From: Candidatus Heimdallarchaeota archaeon
GTDB taxonomy: Archaea > Asgardarchaeota > Heimdallarchaeia > Hodarchaeales > Hodarchaeaceae
Direction: 5' to 3'
Length of the DNA stretch: 64,000 nt
Assembly (NCBI GenBank): GCA_011364965.1
Contig: RDOB01000003.1
Span: 1 to 64,000, forward strand
The first letter of the stretch is position 1; the number at the start of each line of letters is the position of its first letter. The notes beneath the pieces are model-generated. The model had not been told where the DNA came from. It did not search any database and saw only the letters and a program-made list of their open reading frames with translations. Shown in pieces: positions 18,802 through 28,971 of the stretch. A program made the position numbers and the translations under genes.

Positions 18802-21513
18802 CTACTTTATAGGAAAACCCCCATGTGAAAGAATGATTTGATCAATTTCGTGGGATATTGATTGAGACGAAAGTATGATAAAAATGATATTTTTGAGTTT
18901 CATGATGAATTTCTTGTCTAAAGCATGATTGTTATTATCTCGTATCCACTTCTTTATTATCGGATACCCTCCAATATAATAATTCATAATTTGAGATGGC
19001 AAGCCTTGAATGTAAGAACTTTTGTTTAAAAAAAGAGTAGAATCATAAAAACTAGCCTTTTCAAGATTTCTGAGGCGAGATTGAGGCTTTATATTAAATT
19101 TTATACCATTCTCTCTCAAATATACTTCAGAAATCGTATCATCATTATCAACGTCAAATATGTGAAGATCCCGTAGTTTTGCTCCTTGGATGATCAATTT
19201 GCGAATTAATTTTGGGTTTGTTGAAATAGGAATTCGTGGAAAATCTGATTTTAAGAAATGGACATATCTTTCTTTAAAACTTGGAGAATGAAGAATGGCA
19301 TAAATATAGCATATTATGGAGTTGGAACTCAGACTCTCTTCCAAACAAGCTTCCTGATCCTTGAATATCATACTCCATGCTTTTGAGAGATATTCAATGA
19401 AGTTAGAAGTGAAATTTGGATAATATCTTTGTGTATTCTTTCCTATACTGTCTAACCTGTATGTTGGGAAGATGTAAGCACTATTGGAAGTTTTTGAAGA
19501 AAGAAAGATCTGTTCAATAGGTAGATTTGTTAAAAATACATGATTAAATAATTCTCCCTTCGTAAGTCGTGTGGTTACTAATGAAGTATTCTCAGGAATA
19601 AGCTCAGTTGTCAGATTCCTCATGATATGGAAAACGGGTCTAGCAAGAAAGCCATTAGATAGCCCCGTATAGATTGTATAGCGTTTTACAAAAGGTCGAT
19701 ATTGAATGAGTTTAATATATTGTTTATAGAAATCCTTTAGCTCAGAGGATTTTGTCACACCAATTCTACGTAAATCAGCTTGAGCTTGGGCTATACTCCA
19801 GCTTTCTGTATCTCTCGGTAAGGAAAATTTTCTTCGGGCCTCTGATTCATCAAGATCTACAAACTCTGTGACAGTTTTCCAAAGGGATTCAACATTTTTA
19901 TGTAATGTTAGTTTATCTCGTGCAGTAACAATCCCCACTCCATAATCTTGAAAAATATTGGTAATCTGCCAATATTCTTCATATTCTTCAATAAATTTTG
20001 TTATTTCTGGGCGAAATAGAAAGTTGGGAGATCTGGGAGATAAGTTACTCCATTGAATAGATGGTATTTGATTATTGTCTAAGAAATGATATTTCTCATC
20101 TCTAGTTCCCCATAGATCAAACTGAAATATCCCAGTATTCTCCGAGGTCTTCTTCTTAGTTTTAATTAGAAAAATGATACAAATCCCTTGTTTTATATTA
20201 AAAACATTTTCATCAGTAGAACCGTTAGGACTTTTTTCTCCTTTTAAGACATTCCCATGTAGATCGAGGATGTAAATATAATCGAATGAAACAAGAAGCT
20301 GCTCCCTCATACCCCGAAAACTGACATTTGTTAAGAACCCATGAGGGGTAACAAAACTTACTATTCCATATCCTGTTCTCTCAATTCTCCATTGAGCAAA
20401 ACGGAGGAATTTAACATAATCATCAGAGAGATGAACCTTTCGTTCTCCAAGAGGTTTTCCTTCAGCCTCATAATAACTACTTCTTCGCGCACCTTCAGAA
20501 ATTCTCCCTCTTAATAAATTTTCAATCCATTCACATTCTTTGTTAGCGGAATATTTGGAATAAGGAGGATTTCCAATTACAACATTAAAATTGGTATTGT
20601 ATTTGATATTAGTAGCCAATTCTTCTGTCTCTGTCCGATGAGATTCGGGAGGTACGAACGTATTGACTAGTAGGCTTTTAATTACCCCATCCAAATCTAC
20701 TGGCGAGAAATTGACCCCTAAAGCTTCTAATTTCAGCTGAATATTCATTCTACTAAGAATAAATGGTGTTGGTAATAATTCAAATCCATAAAACCTATCT
20801 TTGATTATCGACTCGAAATGAACATCCTTTAGTTCATCAAGAGATTTCTTAAATTCTAATTTTTCCTTTAAATATTCTAGAATTGCACAGATGAATGTGC
20901 CAGTACCCGCAGCAGGATCTAGGATCTTTACTGTCTCATTCAAGAGTCCTGCATCAATATTTAATAGCGATTCTAGAAAAAAATCTGTTCCACGGATTAA
21001 AAATGAAACTATAGAATCTGGAGTAAAGAATACTCCCCTATTATACCTTTTCTTAGGATTTAATTTAGCTAAAAAGTACTCATAAAAATGAAACAGAATA
21101 TTATTTTGATTCAGATATTCCTTTGCAGATTGAAGAAAATGATCTAAATTAAGTGAATTTAAATGTAAGATTAGACGGTTCATTTCTGAAGTTTTAAATC
21201 CCTGAATAAGATAAATCTCATGATAGAGTTTTCTAAACACATTTCTTAACCTAAAATCTAACGATTGTAGGACTAAAGGTACTTCCTTCAACGATAAAGG
21301 AACATTGGATAAAAAACGTGCACAAAACAGACTATAGGTAACTATTGTTGCATAGCTTTCTACAAAGTCCACAAAATCTAAGGAAACTACATCTCTTTGA
21401 AAGTCATAATAAATGCTTTTAATTATGCGATTCGATTGATATTTTACCAATTGTGTTTCTAGTTCAATACATGAAGCAACCATGCTAGAAATTATGTTTG
21501 AGACGACCGTCAA
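18802..21513 (-). CDS. Second N6-adenine DNA methyltransferase of the same family, convergent with the first
   Basis: GVFFTP, LDPAAGTGTF, GFEL, GNPPYS, DDYVKFLR, SFRGMR, DLHGN, YRPF and DFPRIP motifs. Confidence 0.9.
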   Translation of the reverse strand: MTVVSNIISSMVASCIELETQLVKYQSNRIIKSIYYDFQRDVVSLDFVDFVESYATIVTYSLFCARFLSNVPLSLKEVPLVLQSLDFRLRNVFRKLYHEIYLIQGFKTSEMNRLILHLNSLNLDHFLQSAKEYLNQNNILFHFYEYFLAKLNPKKRYNRGVFFTPDSIVSFLIRGTDFFLESLLNIDAGLLNETVKILDPAAGTGTFICAILEYLKEKLEFKKSLDELKDVHFESIIKDRFYGFELLPTPFILSRMNIQLKLEALGVNFSPVDLDGVIKSLLVNTFVPPESHRTETEELATNIKYNTNFNVVIGNPPYSKYSANKECEWIENLLRGRISEGARRSSYYEAEGKPLGERKVHLSDDYVKFLRFAQWRIERTGYGIVSFVTPHGFLTNVSFRGMREQLLVSFDYIYILDLHGNVLKGEKSPNGSTDENVFNIKQGICIIFLIKTKKKTSENTGIFQFDLWGTRDEKYHFLDNNQIPSIQWSNLSPRSPNFLFRPEITKFIEEYEEYWQITNIFQDYGVGIVTARDKLTLHKNVESLWKTVTEFVDLDESEARRKFSLPRDTESWSIAQAQADLRRIGVTKSSELKDFYKQYIKLIQYRPFVKRYTIYTGLSNGFLARPVFHIMRNLTTELIPENTSLVTTRLTKGELFNHVFLTNLPIEQIFLSSKTSNSAYIFPTYRLDSIGKNTQRYYPNFTSNFIEYLSKAWSMIFKDQEACLEESLSSNSIICYIYAILHSPSFKERYVHFLKSDFPRIPISTNPKLIRKLIIQGAKLRDLHIFDVDNDDTISEVYLRENGIKFNIKPQSRLRNLEKASFYDSTLFLNKSSYIQGLPSQIMNYYIGGYPIIKKWIRDNNNHALDKKFIMKLKNIIFIILSSQSISHEIDQIILSHGGFPIK

Positions 21514-21869
21514 GGTGAAGAAATCCTACTCAAGGAATTTAGTATACATTTTTAAAGAATTATGTTAAAAACAACTCCACTAATCGATTTTTGGGTATTT
21601 CATTTTTTTTCGCATATTACTCTTTAAAGACTATTTAGGCCTCAAGTATAGATTATGGACATTTTATCGTTTTCCTAATTGATATGGTAGCTCCTCTTCG
21701 CATGTCATTAATGTTTATAATAACTACAATACCTACGCTTATACTATAGGACATGAATAAAAATCGGGGAATTCTATATATTAGAAATTTAGCCAAAAAA
21801 GATTGAGTATCATTGATCAAGAAAAAGTTTAATTTAAAAAGACAGGTTAAGGGAGGAGAAGGGAGAAAA

Positions 21870-23888
21870 TTACTCCCCTGATGATTGCATCTTCTGCATG
21901 AATTCCTTTCGCTCTTCAGGACTCAAATTTTGTATCAATTGATGTACTTTTTCGCGTTGTTCTGGAGACATTTCTTTAGGATTCATTCCTGCGTGCATCC
22001 CCGACATTGCATGACCAATTTCCATCCCGAGGGAAAGCTGGCGTATTTCAGTAACCTCTTTCTTTTTAGGAGCTAAGTGAACTTCAGTCAGCTCTTCTAT
22101 TCCTTGATGTTGATAATATGTGTAATAAAGCTCAGCATAATCACCCTTCTTCGCTAATAACTCACTATGAGTTCCAAGTTCAACTAATTTCCCCTTTTTG
22201 AACACAGCTATTCGATCTACATCACGAATGGTTGTTAATCGATGAGCTATAACAAAAGTGGTTCTTCCTTTAAATAGAGCTTTTTGAGCCAATTGTACAA
22301 GACTTTCTGAATATGCATCAAGTCGAGATGTAGCCTCATCAAGAACAAGAATTTTAGGATCAGCTAACATTGTTCTAGCAATAGTTATCATCTGCCTTTG
22401 ACCTGAACTAAGTCCCTTTCCACTTTCTAATAGCTTTGTATTGTAGCCATCTGGAAGAGCTTCAATAAAATCCTCAGCTCCAATCAATTTGCATAATTCA
22501 AAGATCTCTCCATTAGTGATCTCAGGATTCCCATACCGTATATTTTCAATAACAGTATCTGCGAAAAGATAAGGTTCTTGGGGAATCAAACCAACAGTGG
22601 CATGTAAGCTCTCTAGTGTTACTTTTCTGAGATCTTGGTTACCAATCAAAATCCTACCAGAAGTTGGGTCATAAAAACGCGCAATTAATGCAGCTAATGT
22701 TGTTTTTCCCGCGCCAGTATGACCGACTATTGCAATTTTCTCCCCAGCAGCCACTTTAAACGATACATGATCTAAAACAGGTGTTTCCTTGATATACTCG
22801 AATGTTAGATCCTCAAAAGTAACCGAAGTGTCATCTAAGGATAGAGGAGTAGCATTCTCTGAATTGAATACCTGAGGTTTCTGTTCAAGAACATCTGCAA
22901 CACGATCCATTGCAGCGAGGCTGCTTTGAATTTGAGGATAATACATTGTTAAATGCATTATAGGTCCTAAAAACCTTTGAACAAGTATTGTTCCTAAATA
23001 TATTGAACCAATAGATATGGCTGAGGCGGGAAGCCATCCACCCACTAATAAGGCCATACCAACAAGAATAGTAGAAATCATTGATACCGCAGGAAACATA
23101 AAATTAAAGAGAGCACCCATCTGTTTCATAAATTGGTATGTTTTCATATTTAAATCGTAAAGGATATTGGATGACCATTCCTCTCTATTAAACGACTTTG
23201 CTATTACAACTCCCGCCAAACTTTCAGCCATTTGACCTGAAACATCACCATAGGCTCGTCGTAATCGATACATGATTTTTCGGCCTAATTTTCCAAGGAA
23301 ATTTGCCAGAATACCTGCGATAGGGATGGCTAATAAGGCTACACCTGTAATTATAACATCTGTTGCAAGTAAAATGAAGAATGTTCCCAAAGTAAGGAGA
23401 ATTTGGGAACTTGCAGTGGTAACAACAGATATTCCGGTTGCTAATTCATTCGTATCAGAAGTGACTCTACTTGTTACATTTCCACTTTGCTCAGCTTTAT
23501 GAAAGGTTATATCAGCTTTCACTAAACGCTTAAAAATATCTACACGCACATCATGCAACATATCTGCGGTAACCTTGGCGAGTATGTAAGTATTCAGAGC
23601 ATTTAATAACCAAATAAGTAGTGATAAAATTAAAAAGATAATAAATAATAACAGGAGAAAATTAGTGTTAGGAGAAGTAGGAATAACAGCAGCGTCGAGA
23701 CCTTCACTTATTATAATAGGTGAAACCATTGAACCAATTGTATAAATAAAGATCAATAATGCAGAAACGGCTAAAAATATTCTATAATGAGCAAGATAAT
23801 TCCATAGCATCTTGATTAATGGTATAGCAGGACGATTTCTATGGCTTTTTTCTCCGAACATTCGTCCTGGCCCTCTTCGATGTGCCAT
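21870..23888 (-). CDS. ABC exporter subunit (TMD+NBD), consensus catalytic residues
   Basis: 6 TMs, GHTGAGKT, LSSGQRQ, LVLDEATS and IAHRL motifs, plus a Met/His-rich C-terminal tail. Confidence 0.93.
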   Translation of the reverse strand: MAHRRGPGRMFGEKSHRNRPAIPLIKMLWNYLAHYRIFLAVSALLIFIYTIGSMVSPIIISEGLDAAVIPTSPNTNFLLLLFIIFLILSLLIWLLNALNTYILAKVTADMLHDVRVDIFKRLVKADITFHKAEQSGNVTSRVTSDTNELATGISVVTTASSQILLTLGTFFILLATDVIITGVALLAIPIAGILANFLGKLGRKIMYRLRRAYGDVSGQMAESLAGVVIAKSFNREEWSSNILYDLNMKTYQFMKQMGALFNFMFPAVSMISTILVGMALLVGGWLPASAISIGSIYLGTILVQRFLGPIMHLTMYYPQIQSSLAAMDRVADVLEQKPQVFNSENATPLSLDDTSVTFEDLTFEYIKETPVLDHVSFKVAAGEKIAIVGHTGAGKTTLAALIARFYDPTSGRILIGNQDLRKVTLESLHATVGLIPQEPYLFADTVIENIRYGNPEITNGEIFELCKLIGAEDFIEALPDGYNTKLLESGKGLSSGQRQMITIARTMLADPKILVLDEATSRLDAYSESLVQLAQKALFKGRTTFVIAHRLTTIRDVDRIAVFKKGKLVELGTHSELLAKKGDYAELYYTYYQHQGIEELTEVHLAPKKKEVTEIRQLSLGMEIGHAMSGMHAGMNPKEMSPEQREKVHQLIQNLSPEERKEFMQKMQSSGE

Positions 23889-25723
23889 TAGAATTGACCT
23901 CCTATAACTTCAGGTAGATTTTTAAAAATTATTTGATACTGGGGACAGGTTTTCAAAAGTTCGGTATGCGTACCGAAAGCACAAATCGTCCCCTTGTCAA
24001 ATAAGACAATAAAATCAGATTCAATTAAGGTTCGCAATCGTTGGGTAACTACAATGGATGTTCTGTTCTCCATAAGCTTATCCAACGCTTGGCGTAGCAG
24101 AAGCTCAGTTTTCGAGTCAATTGCAGAGGCAGAATCATCTAATAATAGAATCTTTGGATCGGCAAGGATTGCACGAGCGATAGCGATTCGCTGACGCTGT
24201 CCACCTGATAATTTAGAACCCCGTTCACCTATTTTGGTATCAAAACCTTTAGGTAGTTTTTCAATAAATTTAGCTTGAGCTAGTTCTGCGGCCTTTCTTA
24301 TTTCTTCATCGGACGCGTGGGGTTTCGCAAATGCAATATTCTCTTTTACAGAAGCAGAAAAAAGGAAAACTTCTTGCTCAACGCCAGCAACACCCTTTCT
24401 TACTTCTTTTGCGGGAATATCTGTGAGTTGGGTCTGGCCAACCAAGATTTTTCCATCAGTAGGATCGTATAAACGCAATAAAAGTTTTAAAAAAGTAGAT
24501 TTTCCACTTCCTGGACCTCCAATTACTGCAACACGTGATCCAGCAGGAATAGTTAAGTTAATATCTTTTAACGCATATTTAGAGTTTGATCCATATTGAA
24601 ATGACACATGATCAAATGTGATATCCTGTTTCCAATCAGGGGTGACACCTTCTTGAGAAAGATCAGGAATTGGATCTTTCCAACTCATTTTTTCCCATAT
24701 TCGATCTGCATTTGCCTTGCCTGCGCGAATGTTCAAAATTGACATTGGTAGCATAAAGTTTACAAATTGCAATGACAATAGAATAGATACGGATGAAGCA
24801 AAAACAGCTATTGTCGAAGGATCTGTTCCTAAATTTATTAATCCCAAACCAAAGATAATACCTGTAATAACAATTAGGATGATAGCTGGCCAGAAGAAAG
24901 CGGATAATCTTCCTTCTTTAATCACCATTTCAGCATATCTTTTACTTCCCAAAATGAAACGCTTATTCTCTTTATCTTCTTGATTGAAACTTCTAACAAC
25001 CTCAATTCCGCGGAAAATTTCTTGGGAATCGCGAGTTACAATACCCAATCGTGTAGCGAGCTCCTCACGAATAGGACCGATTATCGAAGCATACCGAATA
25101 ACCATGATAAGGTAAATAGGAAACCCTATTAGAACAATTAGAAAATAATATTGGTTAAATGCATAGAATGAAACCATTGTTAACATCATGGTCATCATCG
25201 AATTCACTAGCATCCTTAAAGATGGATTAATCCCCATACGCATCTGTGAAATCTCATTCATCGCCATGGACAATAAAACTGAGCTATCAATCTCATCAAA
25301 AAATGTCATTGATTTATCTTGAATTGTATCAAAGAATTCTTGACGTGCATCACGTTCAAACTTAAATGCAGCTATTGTCCAAGAATAATTAACTACAAAC
25401 GTGAAAATAAACCCTAGAATTGCTACAATGATAATCCCCAAAATAACCAAGATAAAGGAGTTTGAGAACCCTTCTAATGTTAAAATCTCGAAAGCTACTC
25501 CTATAAGAATACTAGGAGCTAAAGTTAGTCCTGAACTAATTATCGATAATATTAAACTAAGTGAAACTAATCCAGGACTGCGCCAGAAGAAACTCAAATA
25601 CCATCGAGTAGCTGATTTATACCGTTCTACTGGAAGCGATGTCACTCTCATTTTTGGTTTGAAAGAAGCGTCTTCTACTGAATTCTGTGTCACATGCATG
25701 ATTAAACCAATCCTAAATGGCAA
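23888..25723 (-). CDS. ABC exporter subunit (TMD+NBD), degenerate catalytic residues; heterodimer partner
   Basis: GGPGSGKS, LSGGQRQR, Walker B LLLDDS (Glu to Asp) and H-loop TQR (His to Gln). Overlaps the next gene by 1 bp. Start uncertain (ATG at 25699 is likely). Confidence 0.93.
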   Translation of the reverse strand: MPFRIGLIMHVTQNSVEDASFKPKMRVTSLPVERYKSATRWYLSFFWRSPGLVSLSLILSIISSGLTLAPSILIGVAFEILTLEGFSNSFILVILGIIIVAILGFIFTFVVNYSWTIAAFKFERDARQEFFDTIQDKSMTFFDEIDSSVLLSMAMNEISQMRMGINPSLRMLVNSMMTMMLTMVSFYAFNQYYFLIVLIGFPIYLIMVIRYASIIGPIREELATRLGIVTRDSQEIFRGIEVVRSFNQEDKENKRFILGSKRYAEMVIKEGRLSAFFWPAIILIVITGIIFGLGLINLGTDPSTIAVFASSVSILLSLQFVNFMLPMSILNIRAGKANADRIWEKMSWKDPIPDLSQEGVTPDWKQDITFDHVSFQYGSNSKYALKDINLTIPAGSRVAVIGGPGSGKSTFLKLLLRLYDPTDGKILVGQTQLTDIPAKEVRKGVAGVEQEVFLFSASVKENIAFAKPHASDEEIRKAAELAQAKFIEKLPKGFDTKIGERGSKLSGGQRQRIAIARAILADPKILLLDDSASAIDSKTELLLRQALDKLMENRTSIVVTQRLRTLIESDFIVLFDKGTICAFGTHTELLKTCPQYQIIFKNLPEVIGGQF

Positions 25724-25752
25724 ATTCTTTGTTTAAAGAATATTATTAAGTT

Positions 25753-25895
25753 ATGTTGAACATGATGAACATTAAAAAAGAATATATTTAAGCATTTTGA
25801 TATGAATATTTCGAATAACGGAGATTTATAAACCAAATTGAAGAGAAGAGAAATATATTTAAAAGCTAAGAAGAACAAGTTGAACAAAATGTACG
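25753..25895. promoter_or_regulatory. Candidate operator arrays (GAACA at 9-bp period) in the divergent promoter region
   Basis: GAACA at 25758 and 25767, and again at 25873 and 25882. ATGTT-G-AACAT palindrome at 25753-25763. Confidence 0.55.
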
Positions 25896-25896
25896 A

Positions 25897-26787
25897 ATGG
25901 ATGCACTAATGTTTATTCCACCTGATGAAGAAAATATGGGTGAGTATATCCTTAAACGCGTTACTCTCCGAGGAATTGATTCAGATCTATATGATCAAGC
26001 TGCTAGCATCGCAAAACGCTTAGGTTTTTCAATGGGAGAATTTTTTAGTTTTATATTTAGGTTTATTTCTCAAGGTGAACGCTTCCCTCCCTTCATACGT
26101 TTTTTGAATCCTTTTCACCATCTAAAGCATCAGCCAAAAACTGCTATTATTGAAAATCGTGATACTTTGGATATAACAAAAGAGGATTTAATTGCAGTAG
26201 GTAATACCCGCTTTGCTTTTTTCAATATTACAAATTTGTCATTTGGGCCAGATGTAGACAGTGAAACGCTGCTAAATCATGTTATACACATTGCTAGGTG
26301 TAAAAATGTTACATTTTTTAATGAAAACATACCTAAATTAATTAAATATGGTTTGGTACGACAAAAAGTTACATATGACCCAAACAGTGCTGAATTGAGA
26401 GATATAACAATAAGAAATGTATCGAGAAAAGATTACCACGATTTTCTAGGTGAAGTTAAAAAGGAGAATATTACTGTGGGGGAGAAATTAAATCCCTATC
26501 TTGCTAATATCATTCCTCGTTTTGAAATTCATTCAATTCTAGTTGATCTGAATGAACCAGAAGCTTTGGTTCTTTTAAATCTTGATGTATTAAATGTAAC
26601 TAGAAAAGGACTTGAAGAATTAGGAAGGAGGAAGGTTCTTTTTTATGGGGTTAAAAAATTAACATTCGATTACGATATCCCTCCCGAACTTTTCCAGGAT
26701 AAGGTGATTCAAATTCGGAATTGTAAAAATGTTACAAAACCAGCTAATCTTCCTCGTTTAATCTGGTATGCACTTTTAAAAAATTGA
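25897..26787 (+). CDS. Putative regulator with two tandem RHH-like + unknown domain units
   Basis: KRVTLRGIDSDLYDQAASIAKRLG.SMGE and RDITIRNVSRKDYHDFLGEVKKENITVGE, each followed by a repeated unit ending CKNVT...P[KR]LI.Y.L. Confidence 0.7.
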   Translation: MDALMFIPPDEENMGEYILKRVTLRGIDSDLYDQAASIAKRLGFSMGEFFSFIFRFISQGERFPPFIRFLNPFHHLKHQPKTAIIENRDTLDITKEDLIAVGNTRFAFFNITNLSFGPDVDSETLLNHVIHIARCKNVTFFNENIPKLIKYGLVRQKVTYDPNSAELRDITIRNVSRKDYHDFLGEVKKENITVGEKLNPYLANIIPRFEIHSILVDLNEPEALVLLNLDVLNVTRKGLEELGRRKVLFYGVKKLTFDYDIPPELFQDKVIQIRNCKNVTKPANLPRLIWYALLKN

Positions 26788-26811
26788 ATATTAAAGAGGA
26801 ATTATGCTGAA

Positions 26812-27057
26812 TTAAGTTCTTTTATTTTTTAATGCTATTAATATTATTAATAGAAGTATGGATGAAAGCGTGAGTCCAGGAATGATCATTGGAGATTTTG
26901 AATCAGTTATGCCTTCTGTAGTTGAACCAGAAGAGCTTGAATTATTAAATTTAATCAGATATTTCAATCTAATTTGATTTCTGTATACATCAGTCATTTT
27001 TATTATTACAGTAATTCCATCACTGATTATTGCAGTAACAAAGGTTATTTTAAAAGA
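26812..27057 (-). pseudogene. Orphan C-terminal fragment of a surface protein (linker + PG-TM-basic anchor)
   Basis: Ends SSSSGSTTEG...IPGLTLSSILLLIILIALKNKRT. No signal peptide, and the frame is closed by TGA ~80 codons upstream. Confidence 0.5.
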
Positions 27058-27195
27058 TCAACTGATCTGAATTATTGATTAAGTATAAATTTTTACCAGT
27101 TCTAAAGATATATAACTTTGTGATACAAAAACAGAAGCAATTGAATTCTCATCAGTTTTTCTTAAAAAAATGAAACAAGCGTTTTTTAAACTCCT

Positions 27196-28920
27196 CTACA
27201 ATGTTTTCTTTTTAGATTTCTGAAAAATGACAATTAATGGTATCATTAAAAGGAAGTATGTAAAATCAAACTTAATACTCTGTTCATGAAACATATTTTC
27301 CTTTATTTCAATAGTATAATACCCTACATAAGCATTACCAATTTTCAGAACGATTTTATCCCCAATCTCCAGATCATTTTCTAATGTGTAGAAGAAGGAA
27401 GGTTTAGAGGTTTCCTCAGCTAATATTTCCCCTATTGAAACGCTTTCTCCGTTATACAGAAGAGGGTTAAATGATTCATCCAAGACTTCTATCGAATCAA
27501 TGGTGTCAATGAGTGGACTTAAATTCTTAATTTCTAATTTGATTGTGATATTATTGCCTATTGACATATTACCACTTACTGAGGTTACTTTAATATCTAA
27601 ACGGGGAGTAAGTCCAAGCCAGTACGGAAATGTAGTCTGAATGTCCTCATATACTGACTGGATCGCAGGACCTTCATACGGTGCGAAGTATTCATAAATA
27701 ACATCCCACTGTAATATTAATTCATTCCCTTCATCAATATAGAACACTGTACCGTACGTATCTGCAGAAGTATTGTGATAGATTTCAAATGTAAGGGGAA
27801 CTAAGCATCCTTCGCGAGCATACATCCAGTCAGCCCAGTCTCCAGCTGTTGTATAACTAGGTAATGTTCGAGAACTACTGTAACCTTCCCCACTTAAATA
27901 TCCTTTAGGAAGAAGTTCAATGAAATCTCGATAGATTTGATAATACAGAGAGGATTCGGCCCAATAACCCATGGAACTCCAAGGGAAATATGTAGCATTT
28001 ATTCCAGAGTGTAAAGACATAGCAGTAGCAAAAGATTTGTTTGATAAAAAATCTCGATATGCAATGGTCTCAGGTTCAGAGAATGGAGCTAATCCAGGAT
28101 ATACCTCTGAAAGGGAATCACTTCCCCATCCGCTATCAAGAGTACTGTCATTCCATCGATAATCATAGTTTCTATTCAAATCTACTCCTCCCAGTTGATC
28201 TTCATTTACTAATCCATCCTCATCATTATCAATTCCCTCAAACCAATATTCAATAAACTCCCAATCGTTGTTTATCCATTCATAACGATCATATTCCGAG
28301 ATTATCCCATCTCCATTGACATCTTCAATCGGATCCTCATCAAAAAAAGAATCATTATCATCATCAAATTTTTTCATATTTTTTCGGAGCCAGGGGTTCC
28401 CATCCACCGTTTCGTTCCCCACAACATAATACAATCCATCAGGATTAAGAGCAGGAATAAAATAAATATCTTGGTTATCAATAAAATTGGTTAATTCTGG
28501 ATCAGTACCGTAATTATTCACTAAATCAAGAATAAAACGTAAGCTAACTTCTGTTGTTATCTGTTCTCTTGCATGATGTTCTGCAACAAATAATGCCCCT
28601 GCTTTGGGATTAGAATTTTCTTTATTCGTTATATGCATACAATAAATCTCTCGTCCCTCATAACTCTCTCCGAGTGAGAAAAGTCTAGTTATAGCTGGTG
28701 CTGTGTTCGCTACTTGTACAAGTTCTTCATAAACTTCTTCAGGAGTATGATAATGATCAGGATAGAGTAGAGAGACGGATTTCCAACTCCTCACCACCGA
28801 TGGGGTTTTAATCACTTGAAATTCATATATTGGAGTTAAATTTTCAGTCTGCACCTGTGATATCATCAAAATTGATAATAAAAAAAGAAGAATAGCTACT
28901 AAAAGTCGATTTCTTGACAT
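27196..28920 (-). CDS. Secreted M14 zinc carboxypeptidase with Asp-rich Ca-binding loops and C-terminal anchor
   Basis: HHAREQ, NPDG, RKN, GVDLNRNY, FSEPET, SLHS and TFEI motifs, DxNxDG loops, and TM + KSKKK. Confidence 0.92.
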   Translation of the reverse strand: MSRNRLLVAILLFLLSILMISQVQTENLTPIYEFQVIKTPSVVRSWKSVSLLYPDHYHTPEEVYEELVQVANTAPAITRLFSLGESYEGREIYCMHITNKENSNPKAGALFVAEHHAREQITTEVSLRFILDLVNNYGTDPELTNFIDNQDIYFIPALNPDGLYYVVGNETVDGNPWLRKNMKKFDDDNDSFFDEDPIEDVNGDGIISEYDRYEWINNDWEFIEYWFEGIDNDEDGLVNEDQLGGVDLNRNYDYRWNDSTLDSGWGSDSLSEVYPGLAPFSEPETIAYRDFLSNKSFATAMSLHSGINATYFPWSSMGYWAESSLYYQIYRDFIELLPKGYLSGEGYSSSRTLPSYTTAGDWADWMYAREGCLVPLTFEIYHNTSADTYGTVFYIDEGNELILQWDVIYEYFAPYEGPAIQSVYEDIQTTFPYWLGLTPRLDIKVTSVSGNMSIGNNITIKLEIKNLSPLIDTIDSIEVLDESFNPLLYNGESVSIGEILAEETSKPSFFYTLENDLEIGDKIVLKIGNAYVGYYTIEIKENMFHEQSIKFDFTYFLLMIPLIVIFQKSKKKTL

Positions 28921-28971
28921 ATATTAATACCTTGTATTTATAGAAATTAATGAAATTAAATATCCCTAGGA

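Noticed and set aside
16207-21513. Shufflon-type invertible locus between the two MTases
   Set aside because: The shared motifs are diverged at the DNA level, and I saw no identical inverted repeats or recombinase. Kept only as a minor possibility.
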